Below, piece after piece: positions 22,571-33,752 of a DNA stretch of 64,000 nt. The notes beneath the pieces were generated by a model. That model was not told the origin of the DNA. It ran no database searches and saw only the letters and a list, made by a program, of their open reading frames with translations. Each line of letters begins with the position of its first letter. Position 1 is the first letter of the stretch. This DNA comes from Minutocellus sp. GHC0000111 (taxonomy: Eukaryota), in assembly GCA_977018835.1 (NCBI GenBank), contig OZ361257.1, positions 620,001 to 684,000 of the forward strand, read 5' to 3'. The translations under genes and the position numbers were made by a program.

Positions 22571-24103
22571 TTATAACTCGACCTCGACACGAGCATCACC
22601 GTCCTGCTCCTCTTCGGCATCAGCTCCAGCAGCGCCATCCTCTACATAATCCTCGTCGCTGGACTCATCGTCGTCATCGTCGTGGCCGTGATCAATGCGC
22701 TCGACCACGTGGACGGTATGATCCTCCTTGGGGACAAACTTGACGCGCTTCCGCGCCCTCTCCTCGGAGTTATCGCCATCGCTGTCCTCGTCGGTGGCGG
22801 GAGTTCCAGCGGTGACGCCGGCCTCGTCGCCGGTCCGCTTCTCTCCGCGCTTCTCGGAGGTGTCATTGTTCTGTTCCGCGTCGTCGTCATCCTTATCCGG
22901 CTCACCGTCCGCCTTTTTCTCCTCTTCACCATTGTCCTCCTCGTCGTCATTGCCGTCACCACCATCGTCCGGCTTTGGCTGCTTCCGGGGAGTACCACCG
23001 AGCTTCGGTCCGGGACTCTTGGGCGGGGCCTTCTTGTCCCAGTCCGATCCCTCGTCGTCGACGGGGGGGACGTCGACGCCCAGCCGCTCGGCCAGGGCGG
23101 AGCGCATCTCGAGGAGCTCGCGGGTATCGGGGCCGCGGCCGTTCTCCTCCCGGAAGCGGCGGAGGATCTGACCAAAGATGAGGTTCATCATGCCCACCTG
23201 GGCGTCCTCGTCGTCTTCGTCGTCGTCCATGTCCTCGAGGCCGAATTCCTCGTCGGAACCTTCTTCTTCGTCGTCGTCATCTTCGTCGTCGGAGCCTTCA
23301 ACTTCTTCCTCCTCATCTTCTTCTTCGCCGTCGTCAATCTCGTGCTCGGGAATGTCGGTCCTTGCCGCGAACTTGAGGTACTCGGCGCGGGTGTAGTCGA
23401 GGAAGAAGTCGTCATTGCTCACGGCCGAAGCGGCGGCAGCCTCGGCAGCAGCAGCGACAGCGGCGGCCTCCTCTTCCTCTCCTTCTTGCTCTCCCTCCTC
23501 TTCGCTGGCGTCAGCATCACCCTTTGCCTCGTCGTCATTAGCGGCCTCCTCTTCCTCTTCTCCCTCACCCTCGTCTTCCTCCTCCTTGGCCGGTGCGACC
23601 CGCATGAGCAAAATATCGCCATGGACCTCCTTCTTATGAAGCGGGGGCTGAAGACGGTGGGGATTGAGCGGCGGCGGGGGGACATTCTCCTGCTCCTCTT
23701 CGTCGTCGTCCGAATCCTCCTCCTCGCCGGCCAAGTCCGGACGGCGGACCATGACCATGATGCCCTCGTCCTCGTACTGGCCCAGGAAGGTGAAGGGCCC
23801 GCCCAGCACTTGCTGCACCATGGCCTTCTTGGGGGTGGTGTCGATCTCGATCTCCTCGATGAGATCTACGAGGGGATGGTCGGGAGATGATTCTTCGTCG
23901 GCGTCCTTCTTGTCGTCGGCGTCAGATGCGGCCTTCTTCTCATCGTCGGGACTGGAGGATGTGTCATTTGTCGTCACCTCACTCGTGGCGGCGGCGGGCT
24001 TCTTCTGCTCGTCGTCGTCTTCGGCCCGCAGCAAAACGCACTTGACGACGGGCCCCGTCGACCGGAGCATCGAGCCGATGTCTACACCTCCCAGGGCCTC
24101 CAT
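22571..24103 (-). CDS. Highly acidic hypothetical protein, probably nuclear, with a small folded domain split by acidic inserts
   Basis: Long ORF with strong GC3 bias; D/E tracts; ordered blocks IEIDTTP...VLGGPFTFLGQY, LNPHRLQPPL...HGDILLMRV, DFFLDYT; basic NLS-like RARKRVKF. Confidence 0.75.
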   Translation of the reverse strand: MEALGGVDIGSMLRSTGPVVKCVLLRAEDDDEQKKPAAATSEVTTNDTSSSPDDEKKAASDADDKKDADEESSPDHPLVDLIEEIEIDTTPKKAMVQQVLGGPFTFLGQYEDEGIMVMVRRPDLAGEEEDSDDDEEEQENVPPPPLNPHRLQPPLHKKEVHGDILLMRVAPAKEEEDEGEGEEEEEAANDDEAKGDADASEEEGEQEGEEEEAAAVAAAAEAAAASAVSNDDFFLDYTRAEYLKFAARTDIPEHEIDDGEEEDEEEEVEGSDDEDDDDEEEGSDEEFGLEDMDDDEDDEDAQVGMMNLIFGQILRRFREENGRGPDTRELLEMRSALAERLGVDVPPVDDEGSDWDKKAPPKSPGPKLGGTPRKQPKPDDGGDGNDDEEDNGEEEKKADGEPDKDDDDAEQNNDTSEKRGEKRTGDEAGVTAGTPATDEDSDGDNSEERARKRVKFVPKEDHTVHVVERIDHGHDDDDDESSDEDYVEDGAAGADAEEEQDGDARVEVEL

Positions 24104-24382
24104 TGTTTGGTATTTGGGTATGTGATGTATGGGTATGGGTATGGACTGGCGGATGAGCTGAATTGTCGAATTCGCTCGTGGCCTCACGTCATGTGTCTGG
24201 AAATGAGCATTGCTGCGCCTGGCGAAAAGCAAGCCCCGCCCAAAAAAAAACAAACGAAATCGCAGCGCGACAGACACTCCTTGAGCGATTTTTCCCTTGG
24301 TGTTGATTCAACTATTATAATTAGAGGAGTGATTCACCAGCATAAGTGTTTTCGAGGAGAGCCACCTGCCAATTGGGCTACG

Positions 24383-27300
24383 ATGGAATCATATGCAAGT
24401 ATGGACAATGGCATGCGCTCCCGCTCTTGCTCTCGACCAATCTCTCACACCTGTCCGCCGATCGACGAGCTGCACGAAGTGGCATCGGTAACTTCTACTT
24501 CGAATTCTGCGCGCCATGCGGATCCAAATCCGAATTCTTTGCCCCAGCCACGATTCCTCGACGGACTTCTGTACCAGAGGGCGGCGCGGAACAAGTATGC
24601 GTACCGCCGACGGCGTCTCACCATAGACATTGAGGAGGGTGGCACGCTCTTGTGTCGGCGAGACACCAATGGCGATGGTACATGCAATTCGCCCAAAAGA
24701 AGCACGAATCGAAAGGATATGGTGCAGACATCGGCATCGTCCATCCGATCGGCGACTGGTGGCGCTTCCATGTCCGAACGGAGCACCACCAACAACATTG
24801 GGAGCGTGGTAATTTCTGACCGAGAGATATTGCAGACGCTGTCGGCATCGTCGTCGGGAGAAATGATGACCGTGCGAAGGGAGCGGCAGCATCTGCGCAA
24901 CCGACTGTTTTCCGCCGATGACGATGACGATTCCAATCTTGCGGAATACGACGACAATGATGATGACGATATCACGGCCCAGCCATCGCTCTATGGCAGA
25001 TCGCACAATGCAAGCAACTCGGCATTTGCGGATCTATTGGCCGACACCGGAACGGACATTGATGATGTGAAGTTGTATCTGCCATCCAGCGTGCCATGGC
25101 GACTGATTGATGTGGAGAACGACGAAAGCCTATTTGTTATTGAGATTCCATTACAGTCGTTGACGCAGGATTGCATCCTTTGCTCGTCGAGGAGAGATGT
25201 CAGCGATGCGAGCGGTGGTATTAGCAGCGGCAGCAGTGCCATCTTCTCGTTCCGGAGTAGTGCAAGCTCGTACAGTCGCTTTGCACCAATGTCATCGACC
25301 AACTCAATTGATGATAACGAGTCGCAATCCGTCGATGGGATATCTGGACAATCAAAAGAATACCATCATGTTCACTTTTGGTGCCCAGGCGGTGGAAACG
25401 AGAAGTCGTTGTGGCTTCGGGTTGCAGGTAAGCTTGGAAGACTGTCCTCTTCGTCCAAAAAGAGAATCAGCCGATCCCTACTGAAGCCAATGAAGCGCAA
25501 GACCCGAAGTCGGTGGCGCAAGTTCGCCCAGACCGGAATGGATGGGTCGGCCAATGCCCGCCAGTTGGATCGGATGCTGTCGTCGAGAGGGAATGAATTC
25601 GACGACACCCTACTATTGGATTCCTCTCATCACACAAACGGTGAGGGCAGTGGGGCTACCGAGGAGGAATTCCGAGTGTGTCCGAGTTACTGCTATCCCC
25701 ATCGATGGATGACGAGAAAGGAGTTAGCTCACGAAATGCTGGCACCGTCGTCAACTTTTCATGACCTTAGAAAGGAGACAGAGAACGTGCTGATTGGCGG
25801 CACTACTCCTGGGAAGGAAATCGGGTGGTTAGAATTGGAAGTCCTTTGTTGTACAGGACTTCCCAAGTTAGATCGATGGAGTAACACTGACCCCGTGGTC
25901 TATGCAGTGATGGGGCCATATGCGTTTGTTACCGATGTGATTAGGGATCAAAATCACCCCATGTGGCCACGCAAATCAAGGAGGGCATGCATTTTCCCGA
26001 TACATCATGCCTATGCGGTGTGCAATCTTGCTGTATTCGATGATGACGGCGTGGGCTATGACGATGATTTCGCTGGAAAAGTGCAGTTAGATCTCGCCAG
26101 ATTGCGTCCAGGCTCTACTTATGACACCACTCTTCCTCTAAGGTTGTCAAATGAAGTGTACATGAGGCGTGGAAGAGGGACTATCCGTCTGCGATTTCGT
26201 TTGCACTGGAATAGCGAAAAGGCGGCGATGATGTCGTACATACCACAGCGATTGGCAATTGCATCGGCCATATTACACCGAAAGAAAAAGGAAATCCCTC
26301 CGCCAACTGTAACTCTACATTGCTCTGATGTCAAGGCATTTCGAAATCTTGCCATCACTGTCTATGGAACTCACATGCCCACCAAGTTCAGCCAAAAGAT
26401 TCTCCGGGCGACCGTTCGACAGTATAATTTGTATCGGAAGACATTGCAGCTTACCACCAAGAGGACGGCGAGGGACATTCGATATTGGAGAACTCCCCTC
26501 CATTCGATCTATGTCTTGGTGGCCTGGATGCACTGTGTTTGGAGAAGTTCCGTGGTTCTTTGTATACCGTACACGTTAGGTGCGCTTCTCTACCTCCTCC
26601 TAAGGAATTACTTGCGATATAATGTCAATGAAAAGGCCCACCGAGCTTTTGCGCCGCTGACATTCGAGGAAATGTTTGCTTCGCTCATTATCGGATCAAT
26701 CGGCGGCGACTGCGGCAGAATGGAATCCCTCGAAATCGAAATGGACAAGAAAGCCACGGCTTTGCCGACTTCTAGGTCTGAATCCAACCATTTCAATCGC
26801 TTTCATGCAACGCTAGGCTTCTCACCGGAAGATTTTGACACCAACGAAGAAGACAAAAATATGGAATTTCCATTGTCGGATAAGAAGTACGCAAAGCTAA
26901 CTCTTGATCAGGCGTACAGCGAACGCACACAGAAGAAACGGAAAGGAGGTGAACAAAGTGGTAAGAAATATGTGTTTCGTCGCTGCAAATGGATTCCTTT
27001 TACTCAGTTTAACATGTTCACCATGAATTCTCACCCCTCTTATTTTCTGATTCCTTCATCGCAGAAACTCTCAAAGCTGCAACCACAATGCTAGGCATTA
27101 GTGAAATGAGGCGCCGCGGTGAACGAAAGTCAAAGGTCCTTGGCATTGATTATGACGAAGATAGCGAAGATGATGACTTTGAATGGTATGAAGGTCGAGG
27201 TCAAGAAGATCTGTTTAGGGAGTTGCCGCATGCTATGAATGCCGGCCGCGAAGCCATTCAAAAGAATGTAGGAGAGGCAGTGGGAGACGCAGTGAATGTC

Positions 27301-28281
27301 TTAAGGGCGGCTGGAGAAGGCATGAAAACAGCAGTGACGCAGCAACCTTCGTTTGGGTCGTCACCGAAACCATCTCACAAAAAGAAAGCTGCGAAGCCAA
27401 ATGATGTCTCCTCTACTAAAAAGAAAGCATCTTCGCCCACAGTAGGCAGCACAGATATCGGCGAAAGTATTTCTACGGAGGATAGCTCCGAGATCCCGAG
27501 CAAAGAACGCATTCCGGAACAAGACGCCGATGTTACCGATGGAAGAAAGAAACCACTCAAGGAAGATATGGTCGACATTCACGGAAAGCTAATGATGAAT
27601 ACCTTTCATGTATTTGACGATCGAGTTTATATCACAAGGAACGAAGCTGGGAAGCCCGTTAAGTCAGCAACGTCACCAACGAATGCGACGATTGATGCTT
27701 CAATGTCAAAGAAGGATGCAGAAATGAGAAGGATGATTGGATTGGCTGGCTCTTCCAACCCAGTTACTGCGCGGCTCTCAGACTACATGAACCCAATTCT
27801 GTCCATTCTTCAGCTACAAAATCAATTGGCGAGAACTGTATACAATATTTGGACCTGGCAAGATCCATTTGCAAGCTTCTGGGCCACATGGCTACTCTTG
27901 ATTGGCATTGTGATATCAGTTACGTTTCCATTCCGACAATTTGCATTTGTTGCTGGCATAATTTTTGTCGGGCCACAGAATCTACTCATACGAATTCTAC
28001 GCGAGCGTCGTGGAAATCAAACGAAGGGCAAAGTAGAATCAGAGAATCCCAATGATGTGAAGGCTCTTGTTCTGGACGAAGTAAAAGAAGACAATATTGG
28101 TGCAACGACACCACAGTTCTCTGTATGCAATCATTTGCATCTTGCAAAAGGACAACTTCCCAAGCAGCGCGTGCCAAAAGACGATTTTGAGCTGGTTGTT
28201 CCGTACTCGCCGTTCAGGAAACAGAGATTCTATGATTGGCCACCCGATCGATCAGTTTCAAGGGTTACATTTTTTTACTAG
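24383..28281 (+). CDS. C2-domain-containing membrane protein (MCTP-like architecture); intron 26961-27064
   Basis: C2 domain LELEVLCCTGLPKLDRWSNTDP...LAVFDDDG...DDFAGKVQLDL; TM hairpins after W(R/Q)xP motifs; in-frame GTAAG...GCAG splice joins the two ORFs. Confidence 0.8.
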
Positions 28282-28576
28282 CGGTAATTAACCTTTTAGG
28301 TAGGGATCCTTACGTCACCACTGGTATCCTGACTAGACGGTACATTTCTAGGCGAGAGATTCACCAATGCAATTTGAGCCTCTTCCTAAAATAAGTGAAG
28401 GCGTACCGGTGAGTAGATCTAGACTCTACATGAGTTCATCTCCGTTCATCATCAGCAGGCGCAGGCAGGAGTGATGAAGTACGTACGTACGGAGTCCGTA
28501 ACGTCGTACCGTCGCGTCATCGGAACATGACACATGACACATCTTCGGCTTCCACCGTATCCAAAGAAGCAGAAAC

Positions 28577-29359
28577 ATGTTGAACGCCACCGCTGCCGCT
28601 CTACGTCCCAGACTACCCTCACTGCGGTCGAGGGCCGCATCAACTTTCATTCGATGCAATAACGGCGCCATTTACGCCGCAAGCAGCGCCACTACTCGGA
28701 GCATAGCCTCCACAACCAAACCAGTGTCGGCTGGTCTTGTCCCCATCGTCATCGAGAGCGGTGCCGGTGGAGAACGGTCCTTCGACATATTCAGCCGTCT
28801 CCTTCGGGAGCGAATCATTTGCGTTCACGGCCAGGTGGACGATCACATGGCATCGCTGGTGACGGCCCAACTTTTGTTCCTCGAGGCCGAGAATCCCACT
28901 GCCCCGATTTACTGCTACATCAATTCGCCCGGTGGAGTTGTTACCGCCGGGATGGCCATGTACGATACGATGCAGTACATCCAGCCGGACGTCCATACCA
29001 TATGTATGGGCCAGGCGGCCAGTATGGGATCCCTGCTGCTGGCCGGTGGCGCCCCGGGGTGTCGCTATGCGTTGCCGAATGCTCGGATTATGTTGCATCA
29101 GCCTTCCGGCGGGGCGCAGGGAATGGCGACGGATATTGACATCATGGCCAAGGAGATTCTGCGGACGAGGGCCAATCTGAATAAGCTGTATGTGCATCAC
29201 ACGGGGCAGTCGTTGGAGGAGATTGAGCGGGTGATGGACCGCGACTACTTCATGGACGTGAATCAGGCCATTGAGTTCGGAGTGATTGACAAGGTGCTGC
29301 ACAAGAGAAGTGATGCCGATGGAGGTGGAGAGAAGCAGGACGATAACAAGAAGGACTAA
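28577..29359 (+). CDS. clpP: ATP-dependent Clp protease proteolytic subunit, mitochondrial type
   Basis: [26 protein letters not shown] (catalytic Ser), MLHQP (His), DRDYFM; Arg/Ser-rich presequence. Confidence 0.97.
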   Translation: MLNATAAALRPRLPSLRSRAASTFIRCNNGAIYAASSATTRSIASTTKPVSAGLVPIVIESGAGGERSFDIFSRLLRERIICVHGQVDDHMASLVTAQLLFLEAENPTAPIYCYINSPGGVVTAGMAMYDTMQYIQPDVHTICMGQAASMGSLLLAGGAPGCRYALPNARIMLHQPSGGAQGMATDIDIMAKEILRTRANLNKLYVHHTGQSLEEIERVMDRDYFMDVNQAIEFGVIDKVLHKRSDADGGGEKQDDNKKD

Positions 29360-29563
29360 ACTGAATGTTAGAGGTTTTGCAGATTCTCTTGAGAGCAAGA
29401 TAATGTTACACCAAAAGAGACAGTATCGCACAAGCTTGTAAATCTATGGTCATCTTGTCTATTATGATGTAGCAGTTCGTTAGTCTTTTGCTTCATATCA
29501 TGACCCGATACATCTTTTTTTAAAGATGTATCGGCTGCGTGTTGAGTTTACGATCGTCTCTCT

Positions 29564-32500
29564 TCAAATCTTTCCAACTTTGACCTCATCCTCCAAATCC
29601 GTCCCGATCGATTCGCCAGTGACAACACCGCCATCTGTGCTATCGTTGACGTGCAACTGACGAAGTCCGACGATGCGAGATGATACTGGGGTAAGAACAT
29701 CGCTGGGGTCTCTGCCGGGTGGAGTGGCGGCGCGATCCCGAAAGACTCCAGCAGTATTAGAATCCTCCTGGTTGTCGCTGCTGTCGCCGTTGCTGCCGGG
29801 AGACCCTTGGCTTGAGCCATCCTCTTCCCCATCGCTGAGCGACTTGGATGGTCTAGCCGCGCTGTTAAAGGCGTTGGGGTCCGTGGGTGGATTCGGGGGA
29901 ACATTCCTTGCACCATTTCTCTTTACCGTTCCCATTCGAGTCTTCTTGGTCTTTGGCGGGATCGGGGGAGTGTAAGGTGGCATCACAGCAGGCCCTCCCG
30001 CTGCAGAATCTTGGTCGCCTTCGCCAGAATGAGACCCAACCAACAGCATCGCCGCATCCGTCGAGATGGCAGTTTCGATGTCACGAATATTCTTTCGCTG
30101 GTTTGCCCGGGCATCAGGCGAATGCATGGCGGCATCTTGCGATCCAAAGCTGGATTGCCTCTTTGGTGTGGGACAGTCCGACCCGAAGCTAGACTTGCGT
30201 TTCGGGGATGCTCGCGCGATTGACGAACTGGACGACTGTCGAGCATATCGCTGCGGTGTTTCGGGTCCATCCGACAGACCGATGACTTCCTTCTTGCCCT
30301 GCTTTGGCGGTGAGGCAGGAGGTTTCGCTCCAGTAGATCCAGTGAGATCCGTCAGTGCAGAGGCAGCCAAAAGTAGATCTACGGCATTACTGGCCTTGCG
30401 CTCAGAATTCGGAGAAATTACGTCCGAGACCGACTTGGCTTCAACAAAGGCATCAGCACTGGTTGCTGGCGCAGCTCCAGTGTGACTCTCGTATACCTCT
30501 TCTGAAGAAGTCAAGCTGGGCATAGCGGATATGTCAGGGATGTGTGCCATCTTCTTTTCCTTGCGTGCTGGCGAGGCGCCCTTCAGAAAGGCCTGCAAAG
30601 AAAGGAGACAGGGAGGCAAAATGTGAGCATAGGTATGAAATAAAAATGGCAAATATGGAGTAATAGGAAATCAAACAAAATCTTACCAAATTGAACGCTG
30701 CATCCTCCATGGCACGTGGATCTCCTGGGCTGGCCTTGGGCTTTCCAGTTCCCTTCGAAGGAGTGTCGGTAGTAGGAAAGTCTGAAGCGACAGCAAACTT
30801 TCGCGCCGTGCGAATGCGACCGGGAGATTGCTGAGTTGTGGACTTCCTCGCCGATGCCGCATATGCACCGGGAGCCATGGCCGCAGCCGGGTCGTTCGTG
30901 ACAACGGGCACTCCATACGCAGGGGCGGGGGGCGCGTGACCATGACCGGGCACCATCTCGGGAAGGTAGTCCATCCGCCGAGACTGTGCGTATGCAGCAT
31001 TTGGATTCATTGACACGGCCATGGACGAACCGGCCGTGGGGTTGTTGATGCTGCCATCAGGCGTATTCTTGCAGTCGGTGCAGCGGCAGTTCGAGCTGCA
31101 CTTGACCCCGGCGTGGTAGCACTCGCAGTACTTCTTAAGGCAGGCCGACTTGCGGCACTTGCAGCCAATCTTGTGGCCCTTGGCGTTCTCTCCCTTCTTG
31201 CCAGACCCACTGGTCTTGGCGAACTTGTCCTCGAATGCCGATGGGTTGCGCTGCAGGATGAGGCGAATGGCCTCGGTCCGCTCCTTCTCCTGGTTGGGGT
31301 TGTTGTGGCACATCATACACCGACAGGCCGGACCACACATTGCCTTCGACGCGAAGCATTGGCAGTACAATTTGAGGCATTTGGACTTCTTGCACGTGCA
31401 GCAGATGGTCTGGTCGGTCATCTCAATGGGGACGGCCGACTGCTTCTGTTCCCAGGAGGAGGTTGCCTTCCACGACTTGGACACTTCCAGTGCAGGAGGG
31501 TCGGCAAGATCCCCTTCGTCCTTGCTGTTTTCGCTGCCAGGAACAACAATGCCCTGCTCAGCCATGGTTCGTAGGTCCTTCAAGTTGGCGTTGGTCTTCT
31601 TCAGGTGTCTGATGAGAGGCGGGTCGCCGTACACTGGCTTGGAGTCTTCGATGACAGCATTGTCCGGTTCCTTGAAGGTCTTGAAATTGTTGGTGTTGGC
31701 AGTAGAGGCACTGCCTTGCTCCGGCGCTGTATCGTCGCCGGTGGACTCGCTCTTGCTACCTCTTCTGGCGGACCGTCTCGTCGCCGGAGGTACGGGAGGA
31801 CGCTGCTGTTGGGTTTGTTGGTGGTACGAGGACTGATGACTGGAGGAGGTCATACTTCCAGCATCGGATCCACCATGATCGGAGGAGGCCCCACCAGAGG
31901 CCGAGGCTGCAACTCCCGGAGGCATCACTCCGTACGGCTGCTGGCCGGGGTAGGCCCCGGGTGGGCCGGCAACGTACTGAGGGGGAGGGCCCGCAACGTA
32001 CTGGGAATGATGAGGATGTTGGGGGTAGTGCTCGGGGTAGGCGCCGGGATATCCGTCGGGGACGGTGGCCTGTGGTTGAGGCAGCTGCTGCTGGTGCATC
32101 TCTCCGGACGACCCTCCCGAAAAGGATCGGGACATGGACGCGGCGACATGCGGATGTTGATGTGGATAGTACGCAGCGGGAGCCCCACCGAAGGATGACG
32201 AGGGCCCAATAGCCGGAGGAGGATAAGCCCCAGCTGCTGCTGCGGCGGCCGCCGCATGATGATGGTGATGATGATGAGCTGCTGCCGCAGCAGCATGATG
32301 GGCGGCCGCCGCCGCGGAGAGAGCTGGGCTGCTCCGCTGCTCGTACGAACCGGTCCGATCAATGGGGGGCTGATGGCCCTGGCCTTGGCCCTGAGCTGTC
32401 GCGGCCTGAGCCTGCTGCGCCCGCAGCTGCTGCAATGCGGCGTATTCCGATGGACTCACAAAGTACCCACCGGCAGCCTGGGCCTGGACTTCCGCTTGTT

Positions 32501-32756
32501 GGGCGGCGGCATACTGTTGTTGCTGTTGTTGCGGGTCGGCCGGCGCGTAGGCCATCGGCGGGTAGCCATGCGGCGGCGGCGGTCCATGCGGCGCATGTCC
32601 TGGATGCGGCGCGGGAGGATACTCGTACTGCTGCGGCGGTTGAGGAGGCTGCTGGGCGGTCTGAGAGGACGGCTCGTCCTTCATCGCTTGCTCTTCTTGC
32701 TCTTGCTTCTGCCTCACCTTGTCCTCAACGTACGTGGATGAAACTGGTCGAGGCAT
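29564..32756 (-). CDS. Tesmin/TSO1/LIN54-like CRC (two CXC) domain transcription factor; intron 30593-30686
   Basis: CTCKKSKCLKLYCQCF...C.C..C.N, hinge RNPSAF, GCKCRKSACLKKYCECY...C.C..C.N; Q/P/H-rich N-terminus. Confidence 0.92.
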
Positions 32757-32810
32757 TGTGACGATGGAAGTGTGTCGTAGCTTGTGAATGGATGGCTTTG
32801 CTGTGCGTAG

Positions 32811-33366
32811 TTTGAATATGATTGACGATGATTAATTCCAACAGGATTGGTATGATCCCGACACGTCCGTCGGTCGGATAAAAAACGAACGTTATTCAAA
32901 AAAATATGTGCTGGAAAAAGATAAACCCGTCGTCGATAGCCGGGACGAACGTTCACTTGGAAATAGCACCCACAATGTGAAGTAAGTAGCGATGAAGTGT
33001 GTGCGTCGATAAGTGGGCAGCCAGGTAAATGCAGAGAGGGTATCTTTGGGCCCCTCCTTGTGTATTTTGTTTTGGAGGTGGGGTTCAAAATTTTTATTTT
33101 TGCAAACACTCCGTCTGATGCAAACCGACACAAAATGTGTTGCCGAAGGCAATTTGGGATGAACACGCGACAGATATGTGAAAGAATTAGTAGCGGAGGT
33201 ATCTATGTACAGTGGGTATCCGTCTGAGTGAATGGGGATTGGACAACCAACAGGCAAACGGCACCGGGCCCGGTATGTATCTCAACAGCACATGCTCTTG
33301 GGGACAGAAAATGGCAGCGTTTTCAAACGTTTGAAAAAGCCGGGACCAAAACACCTGGTATTTGAA
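32811..33366. promoter_or_regulatory. Cluster of six CHR-like TTTGAA/TTCAAA motifs upstream of the CXC gene, including an 18-bp perfect palindrome at 33320-33337
   Basis: Motifs at 32811, 32895, 33084, 33322, 33330, 33361; palindrome TTTTCAAACGTTTGAAAA. Confidence 0.45.
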
Positions 33367-33752
33367 TAGACACCCGGTGCGGTAAATCGAGGTGAGACGT
33401 ACAGACTTTTATTCGACTTACTCGACTCGATAATTCAACATTGGACAATGCAGCCCCGCCAATAACAGCACATGACGTGCCCGTTCCCTGGACCGGATTC
33501 GAGCTCTCGATGCTATGCGGGTCCGTTGTGCTATGAGAGGATAGGAGATTGAAGTCCTGGTAATAGCTACATAGGTCTTGATCGGAGTTGAGGTATCTTT
33601 TGTCGTTTCAGCAGAGCGATCGTATCAATCGAAAAATCTTTGGCGCACCGATCTGGGATTGTGTTCTTCGAACGATACTCGGATAGGAAGATTTCAGCTC
33701 GAGCAGTATTATTCAACCCGACAATACCCTGCACGGACTATTAAACCGCTGT

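Noticed and set aside
22682..23890. Long antisense ORFs (also 9098-10009, 12338-13303, 28640-29431, 55632-56633, 59274-60398)
   Set aside because: They lie opposite well-supported genes with strong GC3 bias and have no recognisable motifs; shadow ORFs.
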